NCBI GenBank assembly: GCA_963708135.1
Contig: OY970192.1
Span: 2,976,001-3,040,000, forward strand
Length of the DNA stretch: 64,000 nucleotides
Direction of reading: 5' to 3'
Source: an uncultured Gemmatimonadales bacterium
GTDB lineage: Bacteria; Gemmatimonadota; Gemmatimonadetes; Longimicrobiales; RSA9
Shown: in pieces, positions 39,141 to 49,673 of the stretch
How positions within the stretch are numbered: position 1 is the stretch's first letter
How the letters are laid out: each line of letters begins with the position of its first letter
Notes under the pieces: generated by a model
What the model saw: only the letters and a program-made list of their open reading frames with translations
Database searches by the model: none
What the model was told of the DNA's origin: nothing
Made by a program: the position numbers and the translations under genes

Positions 39141-39856
39141 GTCTCGTCCCGCTCGAGCAGGGCCTCGATGGTCGCATCCCACGTGGGCGGCGAGTGGCCG
39201 GCGCGAAGCGCGTCGAGGCGGTCGAACAGGTCGCGGCGCATGCGGATCCACGCCGCGTTCGGGTAATGGCTCTCCATGAGCTCCTGCCACAGCGCGGCCG
39301 GCATGGCGTAGCGCGCCTCGCGGTCCCACGGCAGCCGGGCGGCGCGCAGGGCGCCGTCCGGGGCGGCGTAGAAGACGGTGCCGCTGAAGAGGAACTCCAG
39401 CGGGATCTCGCCCTCCCGGACGGCGTTCAGGTACTTCGAGGCGGAGACATCGAAGTCGTAGCCGCACGGGACGCGCAGGGCGACAGTCGCGGCGCCGGTG
39501 AAGGCCGGCACGACCCGGCTGGTGTCGACCCAGAAGAGGCTGCGCAGATTGCGGCCCCAGTCCGGGCGCTCGCCGAAGAGCTCGCGCAGGCCGGGCAGGG
39601 ACGGATCCTCGTAGGCGCGCTCGGGGGCGCGGATCCGGATCTGCGCGTCCAGCGCGAGCGAGCGCACCTCGGCGCCGGCCGCGTCCACCAGCAGCGCGAA
39701 CTCGAGCGTGGGCGCGGCCGCGAACTCGACGACGCGCGCGCTCCCGACGCGGAAGCTCAGGTCGGGCGGCCCGGTCCCGCCCGGCACGGGCCGGCCGGCC
39801 GGCGCGGGGGCGAGGATCGGCGGCACGGCCGGGCGCGGCCGCAGCGGCGTGCTCAT
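39137..39856 (-). CDS. DUF6084-like accessory protein
   Basis: AAAPTL, ELFGE..WG, PCGYDF..SASKY, FLFSGTVFY, PWDREA. Confidence 0.78.
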   Translation of the reverse strand: MSTPLRPRPAVPPILAPAPAGRPVPGGTGPPDLSFRVGSARVVEFAAAPTLEFALLVDAAGAEVRSLALDAQIRIRAPERAYEDPSLPGLRELFGERPDWGRNLRSLFWVDTSRVVPAFTGAATVALRVPCGYDFDVSASKYLNAVREGEIPLEFLFSGTVFYAAPDGALRAARLPWDREARYAMPAALWQELMESHYPNAAWIRMRRDLFDRLDALRAGHSPPTWDATIEALLERDET

Positions 39857-40077
39857 GCCGGCGAGAGGTTCGGCATCTCGGGCAGGATCGCGTTGCTCGA
39901 GTCGGCGTTGATCCCCGTCGATCGGCGCGCGGTCGAGCGGCCGTCCGGCAGGTGGCCGTCCATGGCCTCGTAGTTGCCAAGCGCGTTCCCCTCCGCGACG
40001 CCGTGCACGTGCGACGGCCGGGTCGGCGTGGTGTCCGCGCGCCCCACCCGCAGGTTGTCCCGTGTGCGTGTACCCAT
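39853..40077 (-). CDS. Small hypothetical protein (74 aa)
   Basis: GGGAG RBS; PSHVHGVAEGN...RRSTGIN...MPNLSPA; stop overlaps the next ATG. Confidence 0.65.
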   Translation of the reverse strand: MGTRTRDNLRVGRADTTPTRPSHVHGVAEGNALGNYEAMDGHLPDGRSTARRSTGINADSSNAILPEMPNLSPA

Positions 40078-40097
40078 GCTCCCGCTCCTTCCCGTGA

Positions 40098-40856
40098 TCA
40101 GCCCGCGGCCTGCTCCACGCTCCGGCGGGTGCCGCCGCGCGCGGGCCGCGCGCGCGCCGAGACGGCGTCGAAGAACGCGGCCAGCCGCTCCCATACCTCG
40201 CTTCCCCCCGCCAGCCCCTTCCAGTGCGCCCGGATCAGCGCGACGAGCTCGTAGCAGACGTCGATCGGCACCAGCCAGTAGCGCTCGCCGCCGCGCGTGC
40301 GGTCCACGAGCAGCGCCTCCACGTCCGGATCCAGCTCGCGCAGGACCGGGTTGCGCTCCGCCAGCTCGTCCCAGCGGTCGAGCCCCAGCTGCGACTCCAC
40401 CGCCCCCGCCGGCCCCGGATAGAACGCCACCACCCGCCCCGCGGCGCTGTCGGGGAAGAAGAAGGCCATGTCCACCGGCACCGCCAGCGCCGCCCACAGC
40501 GGCGCGGGCAGGTCGAACCCCTCCAGCGCCAGCACCCGGTCGGGCACCACCCGGTACTGCCCGCCGGCCGCCTCCCGGCAATCGAACAGCACCGAGCATG
40601 CCCGGCACACGCAGCGCAGCTCGCGCGCCCCGATGTCGGCCAGGTGGCGGTGCCGCTCCGCGATCGGCTGCGCGCACAGCTCGCAGCGCAGCGTGCCGTC
40701 CACCTCCGGCCCGCCCGGGGAGCCCCCGGCCGGCGCGGGGCCGCGCAGCCGGGCGAGCGTGCCGGCCAGCTCGTCGCCTGCGGCGGGCGCAGGCGGGATT
40801 CGCCCCGAGGCCAGCGCGGCAAGACGCGGCGACGCGAGACGCGACGCGGGCGTCAC
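40098..40856 (-). CDS. DUF5947-like accessory protein
   Basis: CELC, HRH, CVCRAC, PVDMAFF, YPGPAGAVES, PIDVCYELV..IR.HWKG. Confidence 0.8.
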   Translation of the reverse strand: MTPASRLASPRLAALASGRIPPAPAAGDELAGTLARLRGPAPAGGSPGGPEVDGTLRCELCAQPIAERHRHLADIGARELRCVCRACSVLFDCREAAGGQYRVVPDRVLALEGFDLPAPLWAALAVPVDMAFFFPDSAAGRVVAFYPGPAGAVESQLGLDRWDELAERNPVLRELDPDVEALLVDRTRGGERYWLVPIDVCYELVALIRAHWKGLAGGSEVWERLAAFFDAVSARARPARGGTRRSVEQAAG

Positions 40857-41203
40857 CGGTGGGCCCCGTTCCGTCCCGCCTCGAGCTTCACGAGCGGCGG
40901 GCCGCCGGGGCCGCCCGGCACCTCGGCCGGATCGACGAACCCCAGCGGATGCAGGCCGTGGATCATGAGCAGATGTCCGATCAGCTCATCGCGGGCGAGG
41001 TCCGCGGGCCGGACGGTCGAGTCGGGCGCCTCGAGCCGCTCGAGGACCCGCTCGAGGCAGCCGCCGTAGAGCTCGAGCACCGCCTGCAGGGCCTCGAGCG
41101 CGCGCTCCCGCTGCGACGCCGGCATGCCGTCGATCGCCTCGAGCGCGCGCTCGACCCTGCGGACACGGCCCCGCGCCTCCGCCGCCCCCCCGTCCCCGCT
41201 CAT
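40853..41203 (-). CDS. N-terminal half of a NifU-family hydrogenase accessory protein
   Basis: ELYGGCLER...LLMIHGLHP, with no following NifU CxxC domain. Confidence 0.6.
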   Translation of the reverse strand: MSGDGGAAEARGRVRRVERALEAIDGMPASQRERALEALQAVLELYGGCLERVLERLEAPDSTVRPADLARDELIGHLLMIHGLHPLGFVDPAEVPGGPGGPPLVKLEAGRNGAHR

Positions 41204-42993
41204 CCGTGCTGCGCCCCGAACATCGGGGAATGCACGGTCTTCAGCGTCTTCCCGCCGCCGAGGTACATGTGCACGCCACACGGCAGGCAGGGATCGAAGC
41301 TGCGCACCGTGCGCATGATGTCGATGCCCTTGAAGTCGTCCCTGCCGTTCTCCTCGAAGATGTGGAGTCCCTGTACCGCATCCTCGTAGGGCCCGGGCGT
41401 GCCGAAGGAGTCGCGCGGGCTGGCGTTCCAGGGCGTGGGGGGGTAGGGGTGGTAGTTGGCGATCTTGCGATCCCGGATGACCAGGTGGTGCGAGAGCACG
41501 CCGCGCACCGCCTCGTGGAAGCCGCAGCCGATCGCCTCGTCGGGGACCTCGAAGCCCTCGAACGTCTTGGTGCGGCCGGCGCGAATCTCGGCCATGGCCT
41601 TGTCATAGAAGAACAGCGCCATGGCGGCCGCGTAGCCGACGAAGTAGATGCGGGCGCGATCGCGCTCGATCGTGTTCGCCCACTGCGGCACCTTCCACTC
41701 GAAATCCATCTCGCCGAAGGCGGCGCTCCTCGGGAAGTGCATCTGCACGCTGTTGCCCGTGGCCTTCAGGAACGGCGTGTCCACCCGGCCGGCCAGCGCC
41801 GTGGCCCACAGCCTGGCCAGCGCGCCGCCGCCCGTCTCCAGCGGCAGGTGCTCGCCGTCGTGGAACCAGCGCGGGCTCATGACCCAGCTGTAGTTGCCGT
41901 CGAAGTTCCGCTTCTGCGGCTTGGGGATCGTGGTCTGGTTCCACGGGTGCCGCTTGTCCACGGGGTTGCCCAGCGGGTCGCGCTTCACGAACACCTCGCC
42001 CGAGTCCTGCCAGTCGTCGTAGAAGGAGCTGCCGAGCAGGATGCGGATGCCGAGGTTGATGTCGACCAGGCTGGTCGTGACCAGCTCGCCATCCACGACG
42101 ACGCCGGGCGTCACGTACATCTCGCGCCCCCACTCCGCCATGCTCTCGTACCTGTAGTCCGTGGCGTCGGGGTTCATGAAGGAGCCCCAGCAGCCGAGCA
42201 GCGTGCGCCGGCGGCCGACCTCCTCGTATCCCGGCAGGGCGTCGTAGAAGAAGTCGAAGATGTCGTCGTTGAGCGGGACCGCCTTCTTCACGAAGTCGAG
42301 CACGTGGATCAGCCGGGTGAAGTAGTCCGTGAAGACCTGCGGCGTGGCCACGGTCCCGACGCCGCCCGGGTAGAGCGTGGACGGGTGGACGTGGCGGCCC
42401 TCCATGAGGCAGAACATCTCGCGCGTGGTGCGCGAGAGCTGCAGCGCCTCCTTGTAGATGCTGCCCTCGAAGGGGTTGAAGGCGCGCATGATGTCGCCGA
42501 TGGTGCGGAAGCCGTGGATGTCGGCGTGCGGCGCGGCGGTGCTGTTGGCCTTGTCCAGCAGCGACGGATTGGTCTCCTTCACCATCTGCTCGCAGAAGTC
42601 CACGAAGACCAGGTTGTCCTGGAAGATCGTGTGGTCGAACATGTACTCCGCGGCCTCGCCCAGATTCATGATCCACTCGGCCAGCGGCGGCGGCTTCACG
42701 CCATAGGCCATGTTCTGCGCGTAGACCGAGCAGGTCGTGTGGTTGTCCCCGCAGATGCCGCAGATGCGGCTGGTGATGAAGCCCGCGTCGCGCGGGTCCT
42801 TCCCCTTCATGAACACGCTGTAGCCGCGGAACAGCGAGGACGTGCTCCTGCACTCCACGACCTCGTTGTTCGAGAAGTCGATCTTGGTGTAGATGCCGAG
42901 GTTGCCGATGATCCGCGTGATCGGGTCCCAGGCCATGTCCACCAGCTCGCCGCGCTCCGGCTTGATGATCTCGCTGTCCGTCGTCGTCGCCAT
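41200..42993 (-). CDS. hhyL: [NiFe]-hydrogenase large subunit, group 1h (actinobacterial type)
   Basis: WDPITRI; L1 TSRICGICGDNH; EAVRGVLSH; L2 SFDPCLPCGVH. Confidence 0.93.
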   Translation of the reverse strand: MATTTDSEIIKPERGELVDMAWDPITRIIGNLGIYTKIDFSNNEVVECRSTSSLFRGYSVFMKGKDPRDAGFITSRICGICGDNHTTCSVYAQNMAYGVKPPPLAEWIMNLGEAAEYMFDHTIFQDNLVFVDFCEQMVKETNPSLLDKANSTAAPHADIHGFRTIGDIMRAFNPFEGSIYKEALQLSRTTREMFCLMEGRHVHPSTLYPGGVGTVATPQVFTDYFTRLIHVLDFVKKAVPLNDDIFDFFYDALPGYEEVGRRRTLLGCWGSFMNPDATDYRYESMAEWGREMYVTPGVVVDGELVTTSLVDINLGIRILLGSSFYDDWQDSGEVFVKRDPLGNPVDKRHPWNQTTIPKPQKRNFDGNYSWVMSPRWFHDGEHLPLETGGGALARLWATALAGRVDTPFLKATGNSVQMHFPRSAAFGEMDFEWKVPQWANTIERDRARIYFVGYAAAMALFFYDKAMAEIRAGRTKTFEGFEVPDEAIGCGFHEAVRGVLSHHLVIRDRKIANYHPYPPTPWNASPRDSFGTPGPYEDAVQGLHIFEENGRDDFKGIDIMRTVRSFDPCLPCGVHMYLGGGKTLKTVHSPMFGAQHG

Positions 42994-43006
42994 CTCTTCG
43001 TCCTCC

Positions 43007-44059
<1,053 letters not shown>

Positions 44060-44153
44060 GCCGACCTCCCTTCGGTAAAGCAGAATCCCTGCGTGCTGCT
44101 CGCGGCCGCCCACGCCCACCCCACCCACACCCGCCGTTGCGCAGTCTCGCCGT

Positions 44154-44507
44154 TCACATCGGCACCGCCGCCTCCGTCTCCACCTCCAGCCAGTCGATGA
44201 GCAGCTCCTCCCCGCTCACGACCTCCACGTCCAGCGCGCCGCACGCGGCGCAGCGGAGCGGGAACTCCGGCTGCGCGCCCTCCACGCCGCAGGCGCGGCA
44301 GCGGCCCACGGCCTCCACGATCTCGATGCCCAGCGCCGCGCCCTCCGCCGGCGTGCCCTGCGCCACGAGCTCCCAGTTGAACTCCAGCGCGTCGGGGACC
44401 ACCGCGCGCAGCCGGCCGACCTGGAGCTGCACGTGCTTCACCCGCCGGCCCGCCGCGTGCCGCAGCACCGAGTCGATCACGCACTCCGCGAGCGCCAGCT
44501 CGTGCAT
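44154..44507 (-). CDS. hypA: Hydrogenase nickel insertion protein HypA
   Basis: MHELAL, two CxxC motifs, GEEL. Confidence 0.92.
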   Translation of the reverse strand: MHELALAECVIDSVLRHAAGRRVKHVQLQVGRLRAVVPDALEFNWELVAQGTPAEGAALGIEIVEAVGRCRACGVEGAQPEFPLRCAACGALDVEVVSGEELLIDWLEVETEAAVPM

Positions 44508-45601
44508 CAGCAGATCCTCGGCAGCGGGTCCCCGACCAGCAGGTCCATGATCCGCTTGCCGCCGAACCCGCTCTTCACCAGCACCATGCCGGGCGGGTCC
44601 GGGAGCACCTCCGCGATCTCCGCCGCCTCCTCGCACCCCCGCACGGCGCGCAGCGCGGCGACGGCCGCGTCCGCCGCCTCGGGCGCCACCACCACCACCA
44701 TCTTCCCCTCGTTGGCCACGTACATCGGGTCGATGCCGAGCAGCTCGCACGCGCCCGCCACCGCCGGGTGCAGCGGGATGCTGCTCTCGCGCACCTCCAT
44801 GGCCACGCCGGACGCGGTGGCCAGCTCGTTCAGCACGGAGGCCACTCCGCCGCGCGTCGCGTCGCGCATGCAGCGCAGCGAGGGGCCGACCGCCGCGAGG
44901 AGCGCATCCACGGCCGGCCAGAGCGAGCGGGTGTCCGACTCGATCGGCGCCTCCAGCTCGAACTCGCCGCGCGCCAGCATGATGGCCGTGCCGTGGTCGC
45001 CGATGCGGCCGGAGACGAGCACGCGGTCGCCGGCCCGGAGCGAGCCCGGCGAGAGGGTGGCCCGCGCGTCCACCCGGCCGAGCCCCGCGGTGCAGATGTA
45101 CATGCCGTCCGCGTGGCCGCGCTCGACCACCTTCGTGTCCCCGGCCACGATGGCCACGCCCGCTTCCGCGGCGGCGCGCGCCACCGCCTCGACCTCCGCC
45201 TCGAGTGCCTCCGCCTCGAGGCCCTCCTCGAGCACGAGCGAGAGGGTGAGCGCCAGCGGGCGGGCGCCCGCCACCGCCAGGTCGTTCACCGTGCCGTTCA
45301 CCGCCAGCTCGCCGATGGAGCCGCCCGGGAAGCGCAGCGGGCGCACCACGAAGCTGTCCGTGGTGAGCGCCAGGCCGAGCTCCTCGACGGTGAGGAGCCC
45401 GGCGTCGCCCATCTCGGATAGCGCATCGGAGGCGAACGCCGGCAGGAACAGCCCCTGGATCAGCGTCTGCGTCGCCTTGCCGCCCGCGCCGTGCGCCATG
45501 GTGATGCGCCCGTCGCGGAAACGCGGCGGCATCGAGCGCACCCGCGCGATCCTGGCCAGCGCCTCCCGCTCGCGCGCGTCCGCCTGCGCCGGCGCTCTCA
45601 T
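44507..45601 (-). CDS. hypA-adjacent hypE: Hydrogenase maturation protein HypE
   Basis: AHGAGG, TTDSFVV, GTVNDL, GDTKVV, RDATRGG, ANEG and C-terminal PRIC. Confidence 0.95.
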   Translation of the reverse strand: MRAPAQADAREREALARIARVRSMPPRFRDGRITMAHGAGGKATQTLIQGLFLPAFASDALSEMGDAGLLTVEELGLALTTDSFVVRPLRFPGGSIGELAVNGTVNDLAVAGARPLALTLSLVLEEGLEAEALEAEVEAVARAAAEAGVAIVAGDTKVVERGHADGMYICTAGLGRVDARATLSPGSLRAGDRVLVSGRIGDHGTAIMLARGEFELEAPIESDTRSLWPAVDALLAAVGPSLRCMRDATRGGVASVLNELATASGVAMEVRESSIPLHPAVAGACELLGIDPMYVANEGKMVVVVAPEAADAAVAALRAVRGCEEAAEIAEVLPDPPGMVLVKSGFGGKRIMDLLVGDPLPRIC

Positions 45602-46716
45602 ACCACGGCCTCCCGCTGGCGGGCGAAGCGGCCGAAGTTGTAGTAGGCGGCGCACGCCCCCTCGCTCGAAACCATGCACGTGCCGATCGGGTGCTCCGGC
45701 GTGCACGCGGTGCCGAAGACCTTGCACTCCCACGGCTTGATCACGCCCTTCAGCACCTCCCCGCACTGACAGGCCTTCGGGTCGGCTACGCGCACGCCCG
45801 GCACCTCGTAGCGCGCCTCCGCGTCGAAGTCGCGAAACGCTTCCGTCAGCCGGAGCCCGCTCTGCGAGATGAAGCCGAGGCCGCGCCACTCGAAGTGCGG
45901 CCGCAGCTCGAACACCTGCGACATCACCCGCAGCGCCTGCGGGTTGCCGTCGTACGGCACCACCCGCGCGTACTGGTTCTCGACCGTGCAGCGGCCGTCG
46001 GCCAGCTGCCTGAGCACCATCGCCACCCCCTGCAGCAGGTCCAGCGGCTCGAAGCCCGAGACCACCACCGGCTTGCCGTACTCGCGCGGGATGAACTCGA
46101 AGGGACGCGCCCCGACCACCGTCGAGACGTGTCCCGGCCCGATGAAGCCGTCCAGCCGGAGGTCCGGGCTCTCCAGCAGCGCCCGGAGCGGCGGCAGGAT
46201 CGTGACGTGGTTGCAGAAGACGAAGAAGTTGTCGAGCCGCTCGGCGCGGGCCCGCAGCAGCGTGAGCGCCGTGGACGGCGCCGTCGTCTCGAAGCCGATG
46301 GCGAAGAACACCACCTCGCGGTCCGGGTTCTCCCGCGCGATCCGCAGCGCGTCCAGCGGCGAGTAGACCATGCGCACATCCGCCCCCGCGGCCTTGGCGT
46401 CCAGCAGGCTGCCCGAGCCGCCCGGCACGCGCATCATGTCGCCGAAGCAGGTGAAGATCACCTCCGGCCGCCGCGCCACCGCGATGCCGTCGTCCACCCG
46501 CCCCATCGGGATCACGCACACCGGGCAGCCGGGGCCGTGCACCAGCTCCACGTTGGCCGGCAGCAGGTCGTCCACCCCGTAGCGGTAGATCGTGTGCGTG
46601 TGCCCGCCGCACACCTCCATCACCTTGTAGTGGCGTCCCGGCTCCACGGTCGAGAGGATCGCCCGCGCCAGCGCCTGCCCCAACTCCGCGTCCCGGTATT
46701 CCTCCACGAACTTCAA
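45598..46716 (-). CDS. hypD: Hydrogenase maturation protein HypD
   Basis: MEVCGGHT, GPGCPVC, GFETT, PGHVS, CMVSSEGAC; TTG start with GGAGG RBS. Confidence 0.95.
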   Translation of the reverse strand: MKFVEEYRDAELGQALARAILSTVEPGRHYKVMEVCGGHTHTIYRYGVDDLLPANVELVHGPGCPVCVIPMGRVDDGIAVARRPEVIFTCFGDMMRVPGGSGSLLDAKAAGADVRMVYSPLDALRIARENPDREVVFFAIGFETTAPSTALTLLRARAERLDNFFVFCNHVTILPPLRALLESPDLRLDGFIGPGHVSTVVGARPFEFIPREYGKPVVVSGFEPLDLLQGVAMVLRQLADGRCTVENQYARVVPYDGNPQALRVMSQVFELRPHFEWRGLGFISQSGLRLTEAFRDFDAEARYEVPGVRVADPKACQCGEVLKGVIKPWECKVFGTACTPEHPIGTCMVSSEGACAAYYNFGRFARQREAVV

Positions 46717-47063
46717 GCGCCCACCTCCTCGGCCGCCACGAGCCTGAGCAGCGCCGCCCCCGCGTGCACCAGGAGCACGTCTCCCGGCACCACGCAGGCG
46801 ACGATGCCCGTCAGCACCTCGCTCTCCCGACCCTGCTCGTCCACGCAGCGCGCCAGCCCCTCGTCCGCCACCGCCAGCACTCGCATCGCCACACCCTCGT
46901 CCGAGCACGTGACGCAGTGGTCGCCGCAGCAGAGCGCCGGCCCCCGCGGCGCCAGCGGAAGCCACTCGCTCCCGCCCGGCGCGCTGCCGCCACCCCGCGC
47001 CGCGGCGGCACCCGGCCGGTGGCCGCCGAGCCCCGCGCCCCCCGCCCCGAGCCCCGCCATCAC
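46713..47063 (-). CDS. HypC-like chaperone variant with Cys-rich N-terminal motif
   Basis: CCGDHCVTCSDEG...PGDVLLVHAG; coupled to both neighbours. Confidence 0.7.
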   Translation of the reverse strand: MMAGLGAGGAGLGGHRPGAAAARGGGSAPGGSEWLPLAPRGPALCCGDHCVTCSDEGVAMRVLAVADEGLARCVDEQGRESEVLTGIVACVVPGDVLLVHAGAALLRLVAAEEVGA

Positions 47064-47338
47064 TCGATCACGCTGGCGCGAACCTCCACCACCTCCTGCT
47101 CGTACTCCGGGCCCATGCGCTGGAGCAGCTCCAGCGTGGCCGCCGCCTCCGCCTCATCCACCTTCGAGATCGCGAACCCCACGTGCACGAGCACCCAGTC
47201 GCCCGGGACGATCCCCCCGGACTCGCCGTCCAGCAGCCCCACGTTCACGTTCCGGTGCACCCCCGCGATGTCCACCTGCGCAAGACGACGTTCCTCGTCC
47301 ACGAGCTTCAGGACCCTGGCCGGAATGGCAAGACACAC
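47060..47338 (-). CDS. hypC: Hydrogenase chaperone HypC
   Basis: GTG start giving (M)CLAIP, GDWVLVHVGFA; GAGGAGG RBS. Confidence 0.93.
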   Translation of the reverse strand: MCLAIPARVLKLVDEERRLAQVDIAGVHRNVNVGLLDGESGGIVPGDWVLVHVGFAISKVDEAEAAATLELLQRMGPEYEQEVVEVRASVIE

Positions 47339-47671
47339 GAGAGCCCTCCTCGGGCGCGGAAGCACCGGAGGCCGGCGTTGCGCCGGCCGCGCCGCCTCCA
47401 TGAACGACGCGAGGCGGACACGCCCGTGGCGCGTCCGCCTCTTCACTTCCCGCCGGCCCGAAACGGGGGAGCCCCGCCTCTCGATCCGGCGTTCCCCGGC
47501 GACGCACGTTCGGTGCCCGCCCCGGGGAACCGCGCATCATGGGGACAATCCCCGGCAGCGCGGTGTCTACCCTTCAGTTAAGGAACGCTGACCGCGGGCA
47601 GCAAGGCGGCGGAAGGGGCCAGAGAGGTGGGGAAGAAGGCACTGTGCCCCGGCCCCTGCGCGGCGCCCCGC

Positions 47672-48835
47672 TCACGGCGCGAAGCTGCGCAGCTTCTGCA
47701 CGGCCCCCGCGTCCAGCGCCTTCAGCAGGTCCACGACGAGGTCGACCGTCTGGTCGAAGTCCTTCCTGTCCATGACGCCGTTGTGCGCGTGCGTGTAGCG
47801 AACGGGCACGACGATGTTCACGGTGGGCACGCCGCCGTTCGACTTCTGGATCTCGGCGGAGTCGTCGCCGTAGCCCTGGACGAGGTCGAGCTGAAGCGGG
47901 ATGTGGTGCGCGGCCGCGACCTGCTTCACCAGCTCGACGAACGCCTGGTTCGGCATCTGGGACGAGTCGTACAGGAACAGCCCGGGCCCGCCGCCGAGCC
48001 TGGCCTGCGTCTCCTCGGGGTGCGCGCCGGGTACGTCGCCGCTGACGCCGCCCTCGAGCGCGATGCCGACATCCGGCTTGATCACCTCGGATGCCGTGTG
48101 CGCGCCGCGCAGCCCCACCTCCTCCTGCACGGTGGCCGCGTAGAAGATGCGGTTCGGGTGCGCGTCGGCGGCCATGCGCCGCATGGCCTCGAGCAGCACG
48201 CCCATGCCGGCCCGATCATCCCACGCCTTGCCGAGGTAGCGGCCCGTGCCGTTCAGCTCCTGGAACGGCGCGTCCGGCACCACCGCATCGCCCGGCGCGA
48301 TCCCGAGCGCCGCCACGTCGGCGGCGGAGCGCGCGCCGACGTCGAGGAAGAGGCTGCCGCGGGCGAACACCCGCCCGCGCTCCTCGGCCGGCATGACGTG
48401 GATGTCGCGGATCCCCGTCACCGCGTGCACGGCGCCCTTCGAGCCGACGATCGTCCAGCGCTGGTCCACCAGCGCCTGGTCCAGCCAGCCGCCCAGCATC
48501 TGCATGCTCAAGAAACCGTCCGGCCGCACCCGCCGCACCATCCCGCCCAGCTCGTCCATGTGCGCACCCAGCATCACGCGCGGCCCGTCCGTGCCCTGCG
48601 TCGCGATCACCGAGCCGAGGCCGTCGTACTCGATGTGGCCCGCATACGGCTTCATGCGACCCACCACCAGCGCGCGCACCGGCCCCTCCAGCCCGGACGG
48701 GCCGGGCGCCTCCGAGAGCTCCCGGAGCAGCCCCAGCGTGGCGTCCTGCTGCGCCGCGAGCGGGAAGGAAGCGGGCGGGAGCGTCACGAGCAGCGCGAGC
48801 GCGAGGCCGGCGGCCGCGCGGAGCGGGACACGCAT
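47672..48835 (-). CDS. M42 family metallopeptidase, with predicted signal peptide
   Basis: AHMDELG, KAWDDR, QEEVGLRGA, RYTH. Confidence 0.9.
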   Translation of the reverse strand: MRVPLRAAAGLALALLVTLPPASFPLAAQQDATLGLLRELSEAPGPSGLEGPVRALVVGRMKPYAGHIEYDGLGSVIATQGTDGPRVMLGAHMDELGGMVRRVRPDGFLSMQMLGGWLDQALVDQRWTIVGSKGAVHAVTGIRDIHVMPAEERGRVFARGSLFLDVGARSAADVAALGIAPGDAVVPDAPFQELNGTGRYLGKAWDDRAGMGVLLEAMRRMAADAHPNRIFYAATVQEEVGLRGAHTASEVIKPDVGIALEGGVSGDVPGAHPEETQARLGGGPGLFLYDSSQMPNQAFVELVKQVAAAHHIPLQLDLVQGYGDDSAEIQKSNGGVPTVNIVVPVRYTHAHNGVMDRKDFDQTVDLVVDLLKALDAGAVQKLRSFAP

Positions 48836-49088
48836 GGGTCGTCTCCAGTCGAGCGGGAAAGAAGGGGGAGCGCCGCCAAGCTAGGCCCGCGGCCGCCGCG
48901 CCGGCAAGCGCCGCGGCGGACCCCCGCACGCTGGCGTGCACAGCCGCGCCGTCGCCCGGCCGCAATGCTCTCCGCACGCGCGCGCTGCGTGCACCGCTCC
49001 GGCCCGTCCCCGGAGGCGCGGTTCAGGCACGGAAACTGCCTCTAAACCAATGACTTACACGATCATGGACCTCGACAGGAGATCCGTC

Positions 49089-49673
49089 ATGACACCTCAG
49101 GGCTGGGCGATCTTCATTGCGGTGCTCGTCGCCGCCATCATCATCGTGGCGCTGGTGGCCTGGGCCCTGGTCCGGGCGAGCCGACGCCGTCATCTTCGGG
49201 ACCGCTTCGGGCCGGAGTACGACCGGACCGTCGACGTCGCCGGGAGCCGCACGGACGCGGAGGAGGACCTCGAGCTCCGCGAGGAGCGCGTGAAGCGGCT
49301 CCGCATCCGGGCGCTCACGCCCGACGAGTCCGCGCACTTCCGCGCCGAGTGGCAGCGGGTGCAGGCGCGCTTCGTGGACGATCCGCTCGTCGCGACGGCC
49401 GAGGCCGACGACCTGGTGGGCGAGCTGCTGAGCACGCGCGGTTATCCCGTGGCCGATTTCGACCAGCGCGCCGCGGACGTCTCCGTCGACCACCCGCTCG
49501 TCGTCGAGCACTACCACGCGGCGCACGAGATCGCCGGCCGCAGCCGTCGCGGCGAGACCACGACGGAGGATCTGCGGCAGGCCCTGATCCACTACCGCGC
49601 GCTCTTCGACGAGCTGCTCGAGACCCGCACCGAGCGCCCCGAGTGGGTCGAGTCCCGGCGCCGCGTGTCCTGA
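49089..49673 (+). CDS. Conserved membrane-anchored hypothetical protein
   Basis: N-terminal TM; RFGPEYDR, VQARFVDDP, TEDLRQALIHYRALFDELL; CAGGAG RBS. Confidence 0.8.
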   Translation: MTPQGWAIFIAVLVAAIIIVALVAWALVRASRRRHLRDRFGPEYDRTVDVAGSRTDAEEDLELREERVKRLRIRALTPDESAHFRAEWQRVQARFVDDPLVATAEADDLVGELLSTRGYPVADFDQRAADVSVDHPLVVEHYHAAHEIAGRSRRGETTTEDLRQALIHYRALFDELLETRTERPEWVESRRRVS

